Of a stretch of DNA of 64,000 bases, positions 41,045 through 54,742 are shown one piece after another; position 1 is the stretch's first letter; every line of letters starts with the position of its first letter. The notes beneath the pieces were generated by a model. The model saw only the letters and a program-made list of their open reading frames with translations. It searched no databases and was not told where the DNA came from. The stretch lies in the NCBI GenBank assembly GCA_964016885.1, contig OZ024742.1, positions 116,560,001 to 116,624,000 on the forward strand. Reading direction: 5' to 3'. This stretch comes from Eledone cirrhosa. Its lineage: Eukaryota. The position numbers were made by a program, and so were the translations under genes.

Positions 41045-41900
41045 ACATCCACTAATATAGATTCTGAACACGTGCACATGCTTAGGTCACATTAAGGTCA
41101 ACTGCAGGAATCGGTGATAAGTTACAAAAAAGTGTGATGACCTGGAAGTTGGCTTACCATGAGATTAGTCCGAAGAATAAAACACAAATCGTATGTTGAC
41201 AAATATTCATACTCCCGGCATGTTAATTGTAAGATGCCATCTTTGAGAGTAGAGTTTATTTTGTCGATATTTCGAAGTGTTAGATCGTGGGAAGATTAAT
41301 AAAAATTAAGAAGATGTAACTTCTCCCCCATTATTGACACTTTGAAACAGTGAATATTACAAGGCCCTCTTTAAAGCCAACACTTCTGATTGTTTATCCG
41401 ACTTATTATAGTGTGTTTCCTCGGGTTATGTCTACTATAGGGGGAAAATGGGATGGTTTTATTGAATTGCTTCAGTCATTCGAAGGGCTTTACAAACGGT
41501 AATATACAGGGTGCTTGAACAGTACCTGAATATGTTCACTCGGTTATAATTTCTTCAATAATTGCGATGACTTCCCCAATTGTTCTGTGTTTGTTCTTGA
41601 CCGCTAAGGCAGTAAGTTTGTTATTCTGATACATAAGTTTGTTGACTAAGTATGATACTCATCGAGCTCAAACTTCCCTGGCTATTTTCACTGTGAATGA
41701 AGAAAACTGGATGGAAGAAGGACTTATGACTTAAACAACTATTGACGGTTTCACACAGAAAATTGATTTGCCATAAACACACCTAGCAACGGTTGCTACA
41801 AAAAATCTAGTATGGGCACCCAGGGTCACTAGCATTTTCAGGCACATTCTGGGAACTGCAAATAACCCCACCTTTCCCAGGTATTACTGGATATGGCAAC
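41045..41900 (-). mobile_element. Probable Penelope-like RT N-terminal remnant
   Basis: Minus-strand NKSDKQSEVLALKR resembles the PLE K.(A/S)DKG..V motif, followed by IDKINSTL; decayed; flanked by (TA)n. Confidence 0.4.
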
Positions 41901-41902
41901 TA

Positions 41903-41986
41903 GTATATATATATACACACACATATATATATATATATATACATATATATATACACACACACATATATATATATACATATATATAG

Positions 41987-42040
<54 letters not shown>

Positions 42041-42195
42041 ATGTGTATGCATATATGTATATATACATATATATGTATATATACATATATAGATATATGT
42101 ATATATACATATATATATATAGTTATATATATATATGTGTGTGTGTGTATATATGTATATATACATATATATATATGTATATATACATATATAGA

Positions 42196-42227
<32 letters not shown>

Positions 42228-42243
42228 GTTATATATATATATA

Positions 42244-42275
<32 letters not shown>

Positions 42276-42278
42276 CAC

Positions 42279-42309
<31 letters not shown>

Positions 42310-42358
42310 TATATATATGAATATATACACATATATACATATATATATGCGTGTGTGT
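41903..42358. repeat. Compound (TA)/(CA)/(TG) microsatellite with internally duplicated blocks
   Basis: Block tatatagttatatata..gtgtgtgt..tacatatat recurs about three times. Confidence 0.9.
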
Positions 42359-42624
42359 AAGTCAAAGAATATACTTGAAAAGTGATGACTAAATTCCAAG
42401 GATCCTGGCTCCTTTATTCCTTCTTCATTCATTGATTGGACCATGATTCTAAATATTTCCAACTATAAGACATTTTAACTCAAGCATGATTCTAAAACTG
42501 ACGCCAACTTTCCTTCAAGCTCCCAGACACTAAACTTTTTCTTCCTTCATTCTGATCACTTTATTGATATTTATATAAATGTTGTTTTTTGTTTTTATTT
42601 TTTGCTGTTGTTTTGTTGATCTAT

Positions 42625-43055
42625 TTTGATATAAATTGTCTTATTTTTTTTCTTCATACCTTCTAATATAATTTGTTCGTATTTATTTCAAATTCAAAGA
42701 AACCCCATGAAAGATAAAATTAAAAGCTAAAAATTAATTCATCAAATTTAATTGAAAAAAGAATAAATAAATAAGAAGTATTCTGTAATATAGAGAGAAT
42801 TAAAGCGACTAAAATGGTTTTCATCATCATTGCCATCATGATAATGAGGATGATGATCTTTTTCTACCCCAGTATTACTCTGATTATTTAGTAACTTTAA
42901 CTCTCTCTATATTACAGAATACTTTTTTTATTCTTAGTTTTTATTTTCCATTAAACTTGATGAATGATTTATATTTTAATTTTATCTTACATGAGGTATT
43001 TGAAACAAAAAGGAACAAATCATATTAGAAGGTAAAGAGAAAAACAAGCCAATTC
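42625..43055. repeat. Degenerate AT-rich foldback, ~190-bp arms
   Basis: aagtattctgtaatatagagaga pairs with tctctctatattacagaatactt; ccttctaatataatttgttc pairs with gaacaaatcatattagaagg. Confidence 0.75.
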
Positions 43056-43496
43056 AAATAAGACTAAATAAAAAAAGATGAGAGAAAATAAAAAAAAATG
43101 GTGATGGAAGGTAGGGATCTATATATTGCAATGCCTAGAGGATATGGGTGATTAGACTGAGCAACAAAGAAATTATTTTATGGTAAGATAGCACTCCAGA
43201 CAGATAAAAACACCACCTCCCTTCATCACCCTGATCATCAGTGAAAGAAAAATGTTTGAAATCGAAAGAGATAGTAAGATGCCTTGGCCTTCTGATGTTT
43301 CTGGTTAGGAAAATTAGATTAGGACTCTTGGAGCCTCAAAATCTGTAAATCCAAAGTATATTGAAATATATTGATTATTTTTTTGACGATAAGTTTACCA
43401 ATCAATAGCCACTACATTAAATTAATTATAACCTGTCCAGTGATGAACACTATTGATCTTAATGTTTATAAGTTTGGTTCCATTAAATGATGTTGG

Positions 43497-45105
43497 ATAT
43501 TATTATTATCATTATTATGAATTTGATATCTCAGTCTTTGATGTTATTTAACCAGAAAAGTTGCCCTAATGAATGTCAAGCTTCTACCCGAGAGCCTCAG
43601 ATTTTCAGGATGTATCGAAGGGTCCTTGCTGTTCCCAGAAGACATGCCTTTTGAAGTGTTCCAAAAAAGGTGGCTGGGCTGATGGTCTTTAGCCAGCCTT
43701 AAAAACTCTTTGAGACAGTAACTAGTGCTCCATCATGATTAGGACGACCTTGATCTTATGACAGTACCAAATCCTTTTTAGTTACCAGTTTAGATACTGG
43801 TACAGGATAATATTCTCCCTTTTCTTGTAGTCTTGTGCCAAAGGGGCAAGCTACATCAAGGAAAACCTCGAAGTCAAATTCTGTATCTGTTTGATCAAGA
43901 AATCTATCTACATCTTCATCCAATCGTTTTCTATCACCAACTCTGGCTTATGCTCATACCACTTCTCTGAGTGGGGCACATTAATCAGTTTCATAAATGC
44001 CAATGGATCACTTTTCCTATGATATCATGCCTCCATCCTTTATAATGAGTGAGGGCTTGGTGTTTACACTCAGCTATGATGTGAGCCAAAGTTTCCTCTC
44101 TCTGTCCATAGATCTTACAAAGAAGGCTAGCTTTCTCCTTCTCATTATGATGTTTCATTAACTTCATTCTAAGAGCTTCCTCCAGTGCAGCCAATAGCAT
44201 CCCCTCTGTAGCTTTCTTATGGTTCATTTTCTTTAATCATTCCCATGCCTGCAGATCTCTGAATTCTGTTTTCTTCAAGATCTTATGAAGAGATTTTTTA
44301 TTTAGGTTGTTCTACCGTTTTGTTATTACTTCTTTCTTGGAAATACCCTGGTATATTATCTCCTCCTTCAATATAGCCTAAAGTATTTGCTCATTACACT
44401 CAGACACGTCATATTTATGTAAACAGCCCTTCTCTATACCATCATCGTTTTCCATGCTGATAAGATATCTCCTGCCTTCAGATCTCTTTAAGTACAGTCT
44501 GTCAACATCGCATTCATATGAAATATACTGTTGGTAGTCATTAATTGCCTTGTCTTTCTATCCAGTTCTTTTCGCTCGTTTACATTCTATTTAAGAATTC
44601 TCTCACTCTACATAATAATAGATAAAGCTCCGGAATTTATTGCACTTATGACATTCCTATTATTCAGATGTTATTTTACTACTTTTTTTATCCTCCTTAT
44701 GTATTCAGATCTTATCATCTCCTTTATTGTGTTGTCGTTGATGTTAGCTGCCTCCAAAGCACCCAAATACTTATATCCTTCTTAGGTGTGGATCTTCTTC
44801 ATCCCCTCACCCATTGGTATCTTGATTCCTTTGCTTCTCTTTTACTAGGACTCCACACTTATTAATACCAAATTCAATACAAATGTCATTGCGGAAAATA
44901 TGAATAGTATTAATAAGTGTATCTAACTCCTTCTTGATCTTGATGGTTGATGGTAATCCCTCCTCTTTCTAGTTCATATCTAGCCTTTTATCTCTGCAAT
45001 ACAAAGGACAAGGGTATGAGAGTAAGGACAAACAATAAAGGAGACACTCCTCCCAAGTATTCTGCCCCGATATTAACTCTGTCACCCAGATATTCATTCT
45101 ATTAC
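43497..45105 (-). mobile_element. R4/Dong-type non-LTR retrotransposon (restriction-like endonuclease), decayed
   Basis: KKATEGMLLAALEEALR..CKIYGQREETLAHIIAEC..RHDIIGKVIHWHL (CCHC + RHD), LDVACPF, terminal LQKACLLGTARTLRYIL*, (TAA)-rich tail. Confidence 0.85.
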
Positions 45106-45910
45106 TTAAAAGCAGCCTGATGGTGTCTGAAACTAGGAAAGATGCTTGGAGTATGGTTCAGACCAAACCTCCATGTGGATAAGAACTGGGACAAGGTCAT
45201 AAGCTGGGTGGCCATTCTCACCCAGAAATGGGCCAAGAGGAAGGTATCGCTGAAAGGTCGGACAGAGGAGGTGAATGTGTACATCGCATCCGTCATCTAT
45301 TACGGCCTGATCATCATGCCTTGCCCCCATTCGCACTTCACCAAATTCGAACACCTACTCCTCAACTTCTTGTGGAAGGGACAGGTTCCATTGGTGGGGA
45401 AGTCCATCAGCTGTCAGCACCCTCTGAGTGGAGGACTGGGCATGTCATGGCTGATGGTGTGCAAACATGTGCTGAGGGTGCAGCATCTTCAGATATTCTT
45501 AAATGGTGAATAGGTGTGGTCGTTGTTTGTGAGATAAGCCTTTTTACTGCTATGACTGAGCTAAATAAAGTCTTGTGTCAAGAATAGACTGAGACTGGGT
45601 GCTTAGCATCTGCAATGTTTCCAGGTGCTCACTGCCTTCTCTACCAGTTGGGCAAGATGTCAGTGGAATAGCGGTGGGCAAGTGTGATGACACTCTCAGA
45701 GATGCTCTGAGAATCGACAAAATTGAATTGACCAGTTCGTTCAAGAGGATTTTCAAAGCATGAACTATAGATAACTTCCAAAAATCCCTCACTTGATAGT
45801 TCAAGATAAACTCAAAAGGCAAGGAAGTACAGTCAGACGGACCTGTCTGAGATGGGCACAAAGCAATGAGATCATTCTGCCTCCACTCGTCCAGTGTCTG
45901 TGCATTACTG
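45106..45910 (+). mobile_element. L1/Tx1-clade LINE fragment (post-RT region)
   Basis: LGVWF..NWDKV...W.KRKVSLKGR..VN......Y..FLWKG...GGLG (ORF 45142-45513); decayed Cys motif near 45840-45900. Confidence 0.8.
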
Positions 45911-46586
45911 ATTGTGGAGTTACGTCAAACAGCTGTTATTAAGTGTGGGAAGAATCCGACTATTAAACGAGTCCATCATGAGGATTACCTCACTGCCTTC
46001 TTTTGTTTCATTGTAAATCCCCACTGTCTCTGTGTATTGTATTTCCCTTTTTGTTGGCCCTGGAGACAAATAAAAAGAAATTGCTATTATTATATCAGTC
46101 AAATTGAAAGATAATAGAAAATTAAATCTTCATCAAAGTTTTTGTAATGAATTGTATAAAATATCACAATTCAAGTTTATATTTTTAAACTGGTAAACAC
46201 ATTTGGATAGTAACTTGAAATAAGTTAATTGGTTGTGAAGTTCTCACATACAAAGTATATAATTGATTACCAACTCATGAAGTCTTCATGATATTACACT
46301 GCTATGTTTTGTTTGTTTGTTTGCTTTATTTTTACTATTCAGTCAGTGGGCGGCAGTGCCCTTGATAAATTTCAAGGCATTTAATACTTGGGGGAAGGAG
46401 AGAGGAAGGTGTCATAAACCAGAGACAGACATGTCCTGAAAGCTTATAACAATTTTATCTACTAAAAACCCTGAAGGGCTACCACCAACTCAAATACTCC
46501 ACAGCAGGAATTGAACTCACAATGCAAATTACCAGAGTAAAGCATGTTGTCCAACGTTCAAGTGATTAAGGTAATTCACCACCATG

Positions 46587-46720
46587 GAGTGGTACTTTAT
46601 TTCACCAACCACTCAAGGACGAAGGGCAAAGTCAACCTCAGCAGGATTTGAACTGAAAACACTGATAACTCTAACAAATACCACAACACACTTTTTCCTG
46701 TGCACTATGACTCTGCCAAT
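46587..46720 (-). mobile_element. SINE family A, old CpG-decayed copy
   Basis: ggtactttattt...ggacgaagggcaaagtcaacctcagcaggatttgaact. Confidence 0.65.
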
Positions 46721-48968
46721 GTTCTGCATGCTATTGTCAGGTGCAGTTTCAATGAAGGGTGTGTAAATATATATTGTAAAAAAAATCAGCAGTTTCCGGT
46801 ATCACATACTTCCGTTGACTATTACTTTTGAATACAATTACCATGAGGGTGTGCCATTCATAAAACTACCATTAAATCAACAGGCCAAAATATTTTCTTT
46901 TCACATCACCTGACCCAAAGAAGCATCATTTTTTTCTTCATCTTTTTTAATAATTCAAAGTGGAAGCTATTTTGACACTGTATCTGCATTTCTTAAGACA
47001 TTTCTTGTTTAAGTGCAAAGGAAATGCCATCTGCTATCGAAAAAAACTTAGCTCTCTCCCGAGTTTCTCTCTGTCACTCTCTATGTTTATTTTGATAAAG
47101 TAAAACTAGCTTCTGTTTTATATTGAACTAATAATTCTCAAGTACAGCATGGGAAAGTATCCTTGTTACTCAATGGAAACCATTATGCATTTCAAGAATT
47201 TTAAAACTCACAAAATGTGTTAATGTTATATATGTTACATCTCTGTTTACAACATGTTGTGATATATTGCAGTCATAACAAAATAAACATTAAAAGTAAT
47301 TTGAATAAAGTGAATTTGTTTTTATTTTTTCATGACTTATTCCACTAGTAACCAAATTTTATATACCAAAGATTGCCTTTAGTTAAATGAATTTTCCCAC
47401 GATCATCATCCTCCCACTACAATTACTCCCTTTCCAGATTATTATATGACAAGAATAACAATCAAAAAGGGAAATGGTTATATCTGAAATTTTGAATTTA
47501 GCTCACAGACTCCCACTACTGACTTTGAGGTCTCTCAGAAACATTGCCTTAGCCAGATGAGAAGATCATTTTCCATGAAAATTTGAAAGGACTTTGAGAT
47601 TTGTTAGGGAGAAGAAAAGAAAAGAGCAGGTCCTTTGATTACCATTAGATTGGAAATCCCGACCAAATATTTGCAGCAATATAGTGCTTGGCAAAGGTAC
47701 TCAGAAACCACGTGGATGTTTTAAACTAGACAACAGGTTATGTTTACAATCCAAAAAAAATGTAGTGTGTTCAGTGGGTTACTGCATAATTGTTGTCTAC
47801 TTTATTTTACTCACAACCTGGTTTAACCAAGACTATGCAGCAAATAGACATTAACCAATGTTAGTAAATCTAGTAGTGCTTAAATGCAACATAGATAACT
47901 TTGTTGAAAGATATAGTGCTAGAAAATGTAGTTTTATTAAAATGTTGATTTGGCTGAATTTCTAAGATGGGGATTTGTTATTATGCACTTGTTTATTCAA
48001 ACTAGTATCCTCATCTTTGTTATTGTAGTAACAACGTTTCAGTCATCTTCAGAACTTTTAACCAAACGACTTATTCAAACCATGCTGGAAGATTGTAATG
48101 ATACCATTGTCCATACTCAGTGTATTCTTGTATAAAAATAGGTATTTGTGATGTATGCTTGTTCCACTTAAACTAGAGTATATATAGATACATTAACCCA
48201 GGATGTGAACTCACAACCAGCAGAAAGACAAACATATTTAACCACTAATCGTAGTGATTGTAAAACTCTCCCATAGAAACTCATGCCAGCATGAAAGAAA
48301 TGATGTAGTATTATATACTGATGATGATAATGAATTCAGGATCTTTAAAACGGCCTTTTCCATGGTTTTAGATTTAATGCTCCTTCATAATTAAAAGCAC
48401 CCATTTCATGTTCATATCTCTATCGGCCTATTGATGTTATCAGAACCGATGCTGGTTCTTTAACTAATCTTATCTTCCTTAACTATTATCTGAACTTTGT
48501 TCTCCACTGCCTTGTCTGTTTCTGTGTATTGATCTAAGGCATTTCAGTCATGTCCCTTCTTTTTCTTCAGGCATAGACTATGAAATACTACATTATTTAA
48601 TGTATCTATTTTCTTTTTAAGATAAGTTGTGATATGAGTGAGACTTAGCTTTTATTTCTATTCTAAGAGATCAAGGGATTTGGTAAAAAAATTTGTGTTG
48701 GCTTATATGTCTGCAGATTCTTGTGGAGCTATAACAGATACAGGCAAGGTGAACTATTTCTAAATATGAGTTACAGCTCTACTGCACTTATTATGGTGAC
48801 AAAGTCGTGGGTGTGCAGGATAAAGTGCCCTCCAGCATATGTTCCAGGTCTCTATGCTCTGAGATATAACTTTACTTTGGTAAACTTATGCATTCATTAT
48901 TTTGGAGTCAATAAAATAAAGTAGCAGTCCTGGTTGCTGAACTGGGAATTTGTTAGAGCATTGTTTCC

Positions 48969-49214
48969 ATTTTTATTTCACGTTGCTCCAGTTTACTCAG
49001 CTGTAGAAATGAGATGATAGGGACTGGGGTCCCTATCATTCCACTGTAAAGTGGTCGTGGAGGTGCCACGGCAAAAAAGCACCCAGCACTCACTGTAAAT
49101 GAGGTTGGTGTTAGGAAGGGCATCCAGCTTTAGAAACCAAGCCAAAATCAGTTCCCGTCCCACCCTTGCAAGCAGGGAAAAAGCGGATGTAAAATGAAAT
49201 GATCATGAATGATG
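48969..49214 (+). mobile_element. SINE family B, 5'-truncated
   Basis: Near-identical to the reverse complement of 36989-37235. Confidence 0.9.
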
Positions 49215-50799
49215 AAAATTGATTGAGTTGGCTTTTGGTAGTTTTTTGCATTCAAAGTTTGAATCTTATTGTGGCCTACTTGGATAGTAGAGTTAATCTG
49301 TTGCTCAATTTAATACCACCTCCTAGCTCATGTGTGCCTTTAATAAAGTTCACTCAGTTGCAATCATTTGGGCCAGGTTTCTAGTTTTTAGAACAACTTC
49401 CACATCCCTTCCATTGAAAGTGTTTTGGACACTGTCATTCCCTTCTTAACTAAACAGTAGAAAAGAAACACCTCAAATGTGTGTGGAATAATTGCAAATG
49501 TTTTAGAATATGTGTATGTATGTAATACAGCAATGGTCGAATGATTACTGCCAGCTAATCTTTATGTTGGTGTTTCTTATTTTATCCTTCATCTCCAAAT
49601 GCTTTAATTCTCGGTTGTTTTTGCTGTTTTCACTATACATCACTAAAAACCACATTGTAGTGCTTGGAGATATTAAGTCTGCAAGCTACATCTCTGTTGT
49701 AGTAATTTATGGCAGCTGTGATTTATGACAACTAGCTAATCTCATCAATGTTCTTGTTGTTTTTCATGTTAGTCTTTTCTGGCAGAATGGACAGATAAAA
49801 ACATTCCTGGCTGCTTATATTGATTTAGCAAATATTCTAGCTGTTTTGTTTTTCTTTTTATTTTGCTTTGATTCACTCTAGAATAAGGAGCCATCTCTAT
49901 GACCATCATATATAGTAGTGGCCTTCAACGTTTGTACATGATACAAAACTTAAATGTGACTGAGAGACTTATAAAGAAATCTTAAACTTGATAATATTAT
50001 ATATGTGTATGCATTAAAAGATATTTTCTTTATTGAAAAAATACTATTTCATTAAATTGGAAGCTTTAGAATATCATGAAGAACTATCAATCTTTACTGA
50101 AAAAGCCTGAAGGAATCTCCTTTTTCATGAACCCAAAACTTTTAGTGACCCACTTGGATTTGTTTGAATGAAGTTTGGAGACTACTGGTATATACATGAT
50201 TTATGTATAGATTAGAGTATATACAGGTATATGTAACGTACATGTTGTACTTACAAGTAGCAATACACATTAAAAGAACTATAACTTAATGGGAGTAGGC
50301 CTCCTTAAATTCATAAATGTCTTGGGTATGATTTAAACAAGATTTGACTGCAATTTCTATCAAGGCAAGCTGCCATGAAGAAGCTCTTTCCATGTATTTT
50401 GAATGCATATATATTCTTACATAAAATATATTTTACATATAATTCCAATTTTTGTTTATAGTATATTCTATAATCCTTTCAGTTCAGTTCTGAATGTACA
50501 CCTTACACTTTACATATTCTCTGTAAATAAGGACTAAAGAGAAAGAAAACAGAAAAATCTCTGCTGGCTTTCATTTATTCTTTTTTTCTATTAGACTTTC
50601 AGGAAGAATCTGTTGTTGGAATATTGGTTCTGTCAGTTACACTTATATATTTTGTGTAGCAGAAAACATGGACATAGTTTATATTTTAGCATGAGAAATA
50701 AATAAATACATGTGTGTGTGTGCATCTCTGTCATTTGTGTGTGTATGTAAGTATATGTATGAATATATATACTTCTCCAATTTGAGAGAATACAGCTCC

Positions 50800-51060
50800 A
50801 ATACTATAGGCATGTGGTTAGAATGTCTCAGGAAAGAATCGTTGGACAGATTTTATGGTTAAAACCAGCCGACAAGATATCCAGGAGTAGACCCTGAGTA
50901 AGATGGTTCGATAACATTCATGAGCTCAGGTGTTCTCACTTGTGGATCCAACCAGATCATTTGGAAATGGTTGCTTCTGACAGGACCCAGTAGAAGTGTT
51001 TCAGGAGTCTGCCCCCCATGACTCTATCAGGAATAAGTGGGCAAAGAAGAAGAGAGAAGA
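50800..51060 (+). mobile_element. RTE-like LINE 3' end
   Basis: GHVVRMSQERIVGQILWLKP..SRP*VRWFDNI; (GAA)-rich tail. Confidence 0.75.
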
Positions 51061-51073
51061 TATGTATATATGA

Positions 51074-52900
51074 ATCATCATCATCATTTAATGTGTTTTC
51101 CCTGCTAGCAAGTATTGCATAGGTAGTCAGCACAGATCAAATCATTACTGACCTCAAAGATGAGCTGGGAGCCTGTATCTTGCTTATTTACATTCCTGTG
51201 CTCTACCAGATGTGTTTTATTATAGCACCAGTGCTAGCAAGGTTGTCATATCTTTGACACAGCTGAAGAGTTCTCCTGACATTATTTTGACAGGATTTCT
51301 TTGACTGCTCGCTCTTCCTATTACAACAATTTATTGCCTGTACTTGGTGCATTTTTGTAGTTTCATCACTAAGGAGGTTATTGTGTCTTGACTGGAGAGT
51401 CTTCTCAACCTTTTAGTCATATTTTCCAAATGTAGAAGGTCTTCATATCACTAACAGAGTAGGCTGATGCATTTTATCAGGGCCCCAGCACTAGGGATGT
51501 TAGACTCAACTAAATGGTAGGAGTAGGATAAGAGATAGGTTAATCGTAGGTATCTCACAAAAGATGTGAGAGTGATGGGTTTGATGCCAGGGTTTACTTA
51601 GGGATGTATTGGAGAGAAAGAGTGAAGAAAATATGTCAGGGATGAAAGAGGAGTGTGGTGGGGTTTGACAGTGGGGAAATGGTGTGGAGGGACAGACAGG
51701 TGATCTCGGATAGGATGTAGTTGTACAATACTAGTATGAGTAATTTCTAGGGAGCAATGGTTTTATGCTGGTAGGCAAGTCTTCTTCAATAATGTATGTC
51801 ACCATTCTTCACAGTCATCTCTGTCATAAGATTCAGCTTTGTAAGGTCAGTGTTCAGTATTTCATCAAATGTCATCTATAGATCCCATCTACTGATATTT
51901 CTCTGAAGTTTGTTATATAGTTGTTATCTTCCATATGTAACACATGTCCATACCATCTTAGGTTTCTCTCTTGTACATTGCATTGGACCCCAGTTTATAT
52001 GCAGTCATTATACAGTCAACATTTCAGTCTGATACAGAAGGAATTTCTTGTCAGCAGAGGTTATAGTAAATTTCTTCCAGCCCATTCTTATTCTGGCTAA
52101 CACATTTTCTGAGCATCTTCACCCAATGCTATTGTGATAATCTATTTCATATATGCTTTTAGTGTTTGCTTTTACAGTGCATGTTTAACATACACAATCT
52201 AACTTTTCTATTAACATACCTGTAAGCTCTCATCTCTTTTACATCCATAGATTAGAGTGTAAGGAATTCTTGCCCACCCGTTTTTGACATATCAAACAGG
52301 GTTATTTTTTTAATGATTTATGATTCCTGTTTGTTTGCCTACTTATCAGTACTTTAGTATTCACTAAGTTTACCTTTAGACCCTTTGATTCTAGCTTTTT
52401 CTCCCATTACTGGAATTTCCTATCCAGTGCTTCCATGGATTCAATTATAAAGGATAGATCATCAGCATATAGGAGTTCCCATGGATTGCCTATCTTACAC
52501 TCCCCAACTAATGAACAAGGATAAACAAATGTGGACTGAGCTTTGCTGCTCCCCCTCCACAATATTCATTGCTAACCCTTTCCTTGCTGGTTGTAGCTCA
52601 ATACAGAGCTTGCACAGCCCTCAAAAGCAATTCATCAACACCAAGCATCCTTAGTGTACACCATATTACAGAGTTAGGGATCCTATTGAAGGCTCTCTCC
52701 AGATCCTCAAAACCCAGGTACTGACGTTTACTATCAGGCAAGTAATTTTCCTGCAGTTGTCTCACAAGATATCAGCAATACCTTGCTTAAAGCCAAATTA
52801 CATCTCATCTAATTTGATTCTGTTTCTAATTACATATACTATAACCTTTTTCAGTAACTTTCATGACAGTGCCCATCACCTAGATATCCCTGTAGTTACT
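51074..52900 (-). mobile_element. Old copy of the PHD-containing RTE family
   Basis: Reverse complement gives GNPWELLYADDL (~52455-52490), RWYGHVLHMED (~51930-51960) and PCLICQKRVGKNS; (GAT)n tail at 51074. Confidence 0.8.
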
Positions 52901-53440
52901 TACCACTCTGAATGACTGGATACTCATCCTCAAAATCAATGAAAAATCCATCATCACCATTATTGCCAATAATATATGATGAATTGGCAGTCATTAGAAT
53001 ATTTAATTCAATGGTTTGCATCAATATCCACCAATAAATTTCACCAAGGTCAAATTACTGTTTCATCATTTTTGAGTTAATAAATAAAGTACTAGTGCAG
53101 GGAGGTCCTTGTGGTATATGTTTCAATTCTATGTAAGTTCTAACTGCATCTTCTATCATTGGAAAAATACAAAGTTGATAGGACTGGAGTCACTATCATT
53201 TAAAGACCTAAGTAGCCTCCCATGTATTGCAAATTTATAGGAGGTCAGCAAATGCTGCACAGGTATGCTTATGATCAAAGGCATTCCACTTACAATCAGC
53301 TTGTCTACTTTAAAGATACCACCTAAGTAGGTCTACATTTCCTAATGTCATTTTCCTATTTTGTTTGGTTCAAGGTCATCCCTCTCCAACAAAATCGGAG
53401 ATTAAATTTCTTTCAGCCAAGATTATTCCATCAGTTAAAT

Positions 53441-53958
53441 AAGAGAGCTTCTATATGGTATTTTGTCCCGCTAGAAACAGCAGCCAAATTAGCCTCAACT
53501 CACACCCTACTAACATTTAAATAAAAGGAAGGACAATATTGCAAATGTAATCCTAAAAGATCTAATCAGTCAAGACGAATCTGGTGCTAAAAAATAACAA
53601 CCAGTCAACAAAAAGAACCTTTATATGCAAGCTTCATCTGTTAGAATTGGTATTCAAATCTTCCTCAAATCATGCCTTACTATCTGTAAAAGAAAATACA
53701 AACGATGAACACATTGGGCAATGTGATCCAAGACAGAATGTTTAACATGTAAGAAAGCACGGTCACTTTTGATCATATCACCTATATTAAGCTGGACCTA
53801 GAGTTAAAACAACAATCTAAGAAGAGGGAGTGTTTGAAAAGGGAGGGAGTGAAATAACTCCTGAATACATAATCCTTTAAAAGATGGGACGGTCATAACC
53901 AGAATGTCTTTTATTATGTTTGCTTGTTCAAAGCTGAACTGAGTCTATACAACAACAA
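53441..53958 (+). repeat. Two to three head-to-tail copies of repeat family D
   Basis: Units ~53441-53601, 53602-53815 and 53865-53958, each ending in an (A)ACAACA tail. Confidence 0.65.
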
Positions 53959-54194
53959 AATGCAGCACATTTCCTTTTTCAGTTGTTTAGCTTTTTTAAT
54001 TATTTACAAAAAAGATATTAATAATATGAAATTGATAATTTTATTTTCTGGTCCCTTGGGCAACAGTTCAATTCTATATCACACTTAAAATCTAATAAAC
54101 TACATGATTAACTTTGCTTTTACATATTTATGCATACATCTCTCTCTCCTTCCCTCTCTTTCCCTCTCCCTCTCCCCCTCTCTTTCCCTCTCTA

Positions 54195-54270
<76 letters not shown>

Positions 54271-54415
54271 TTATTTGCACTGTGTTTCGTATTCCCTTTG
54301 GACTTATAAACCAGGTTTTATGTATTTTACAATTTTTTTCCCTTGATACAAGCACTATATCAATCAATTCTGTGGCATTGTTCTTTGCTGCCACTATAGT
54401 TAATATATATTGATG

Positions 54416-54684
54416 TCAGGGTAAACTTTATCAGGGGTCCATGGGGGCGAATGCTCTGAGCCGCCTTCCTCACCAAACAGTCCCACTCGCTCTCTGAGCT
54501 TGAGCCTCTACTCCCGACAGTTCCCTTGCTACTTTTTAAAAGTGGGAATTTGATCAAAACATAATGTTATCTTTTATAGAGAATGTTTTTAAAATGTGAT
54601 TGGTGTCACTATTGTGCCAATTTACCAAAATTTCTTTACTTTAGTGACACTTGTTGGCAAATGTAGGGCAGCTCGTATATACAG

Positions 54685-54742
<58 letters not shown>

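Noticed and set aside
47490-47745. Moderately GC-rich unique block resembling a coding exon
   Set aside because: Stops in the frames examined and no recognisable protein
48026-48056. Minus-strand CTGAAGAtgactGAAAcgttg hammerhead-like remnant
   Set aside because: Stem II is absent and stem I unconvincing; at best a dead relic
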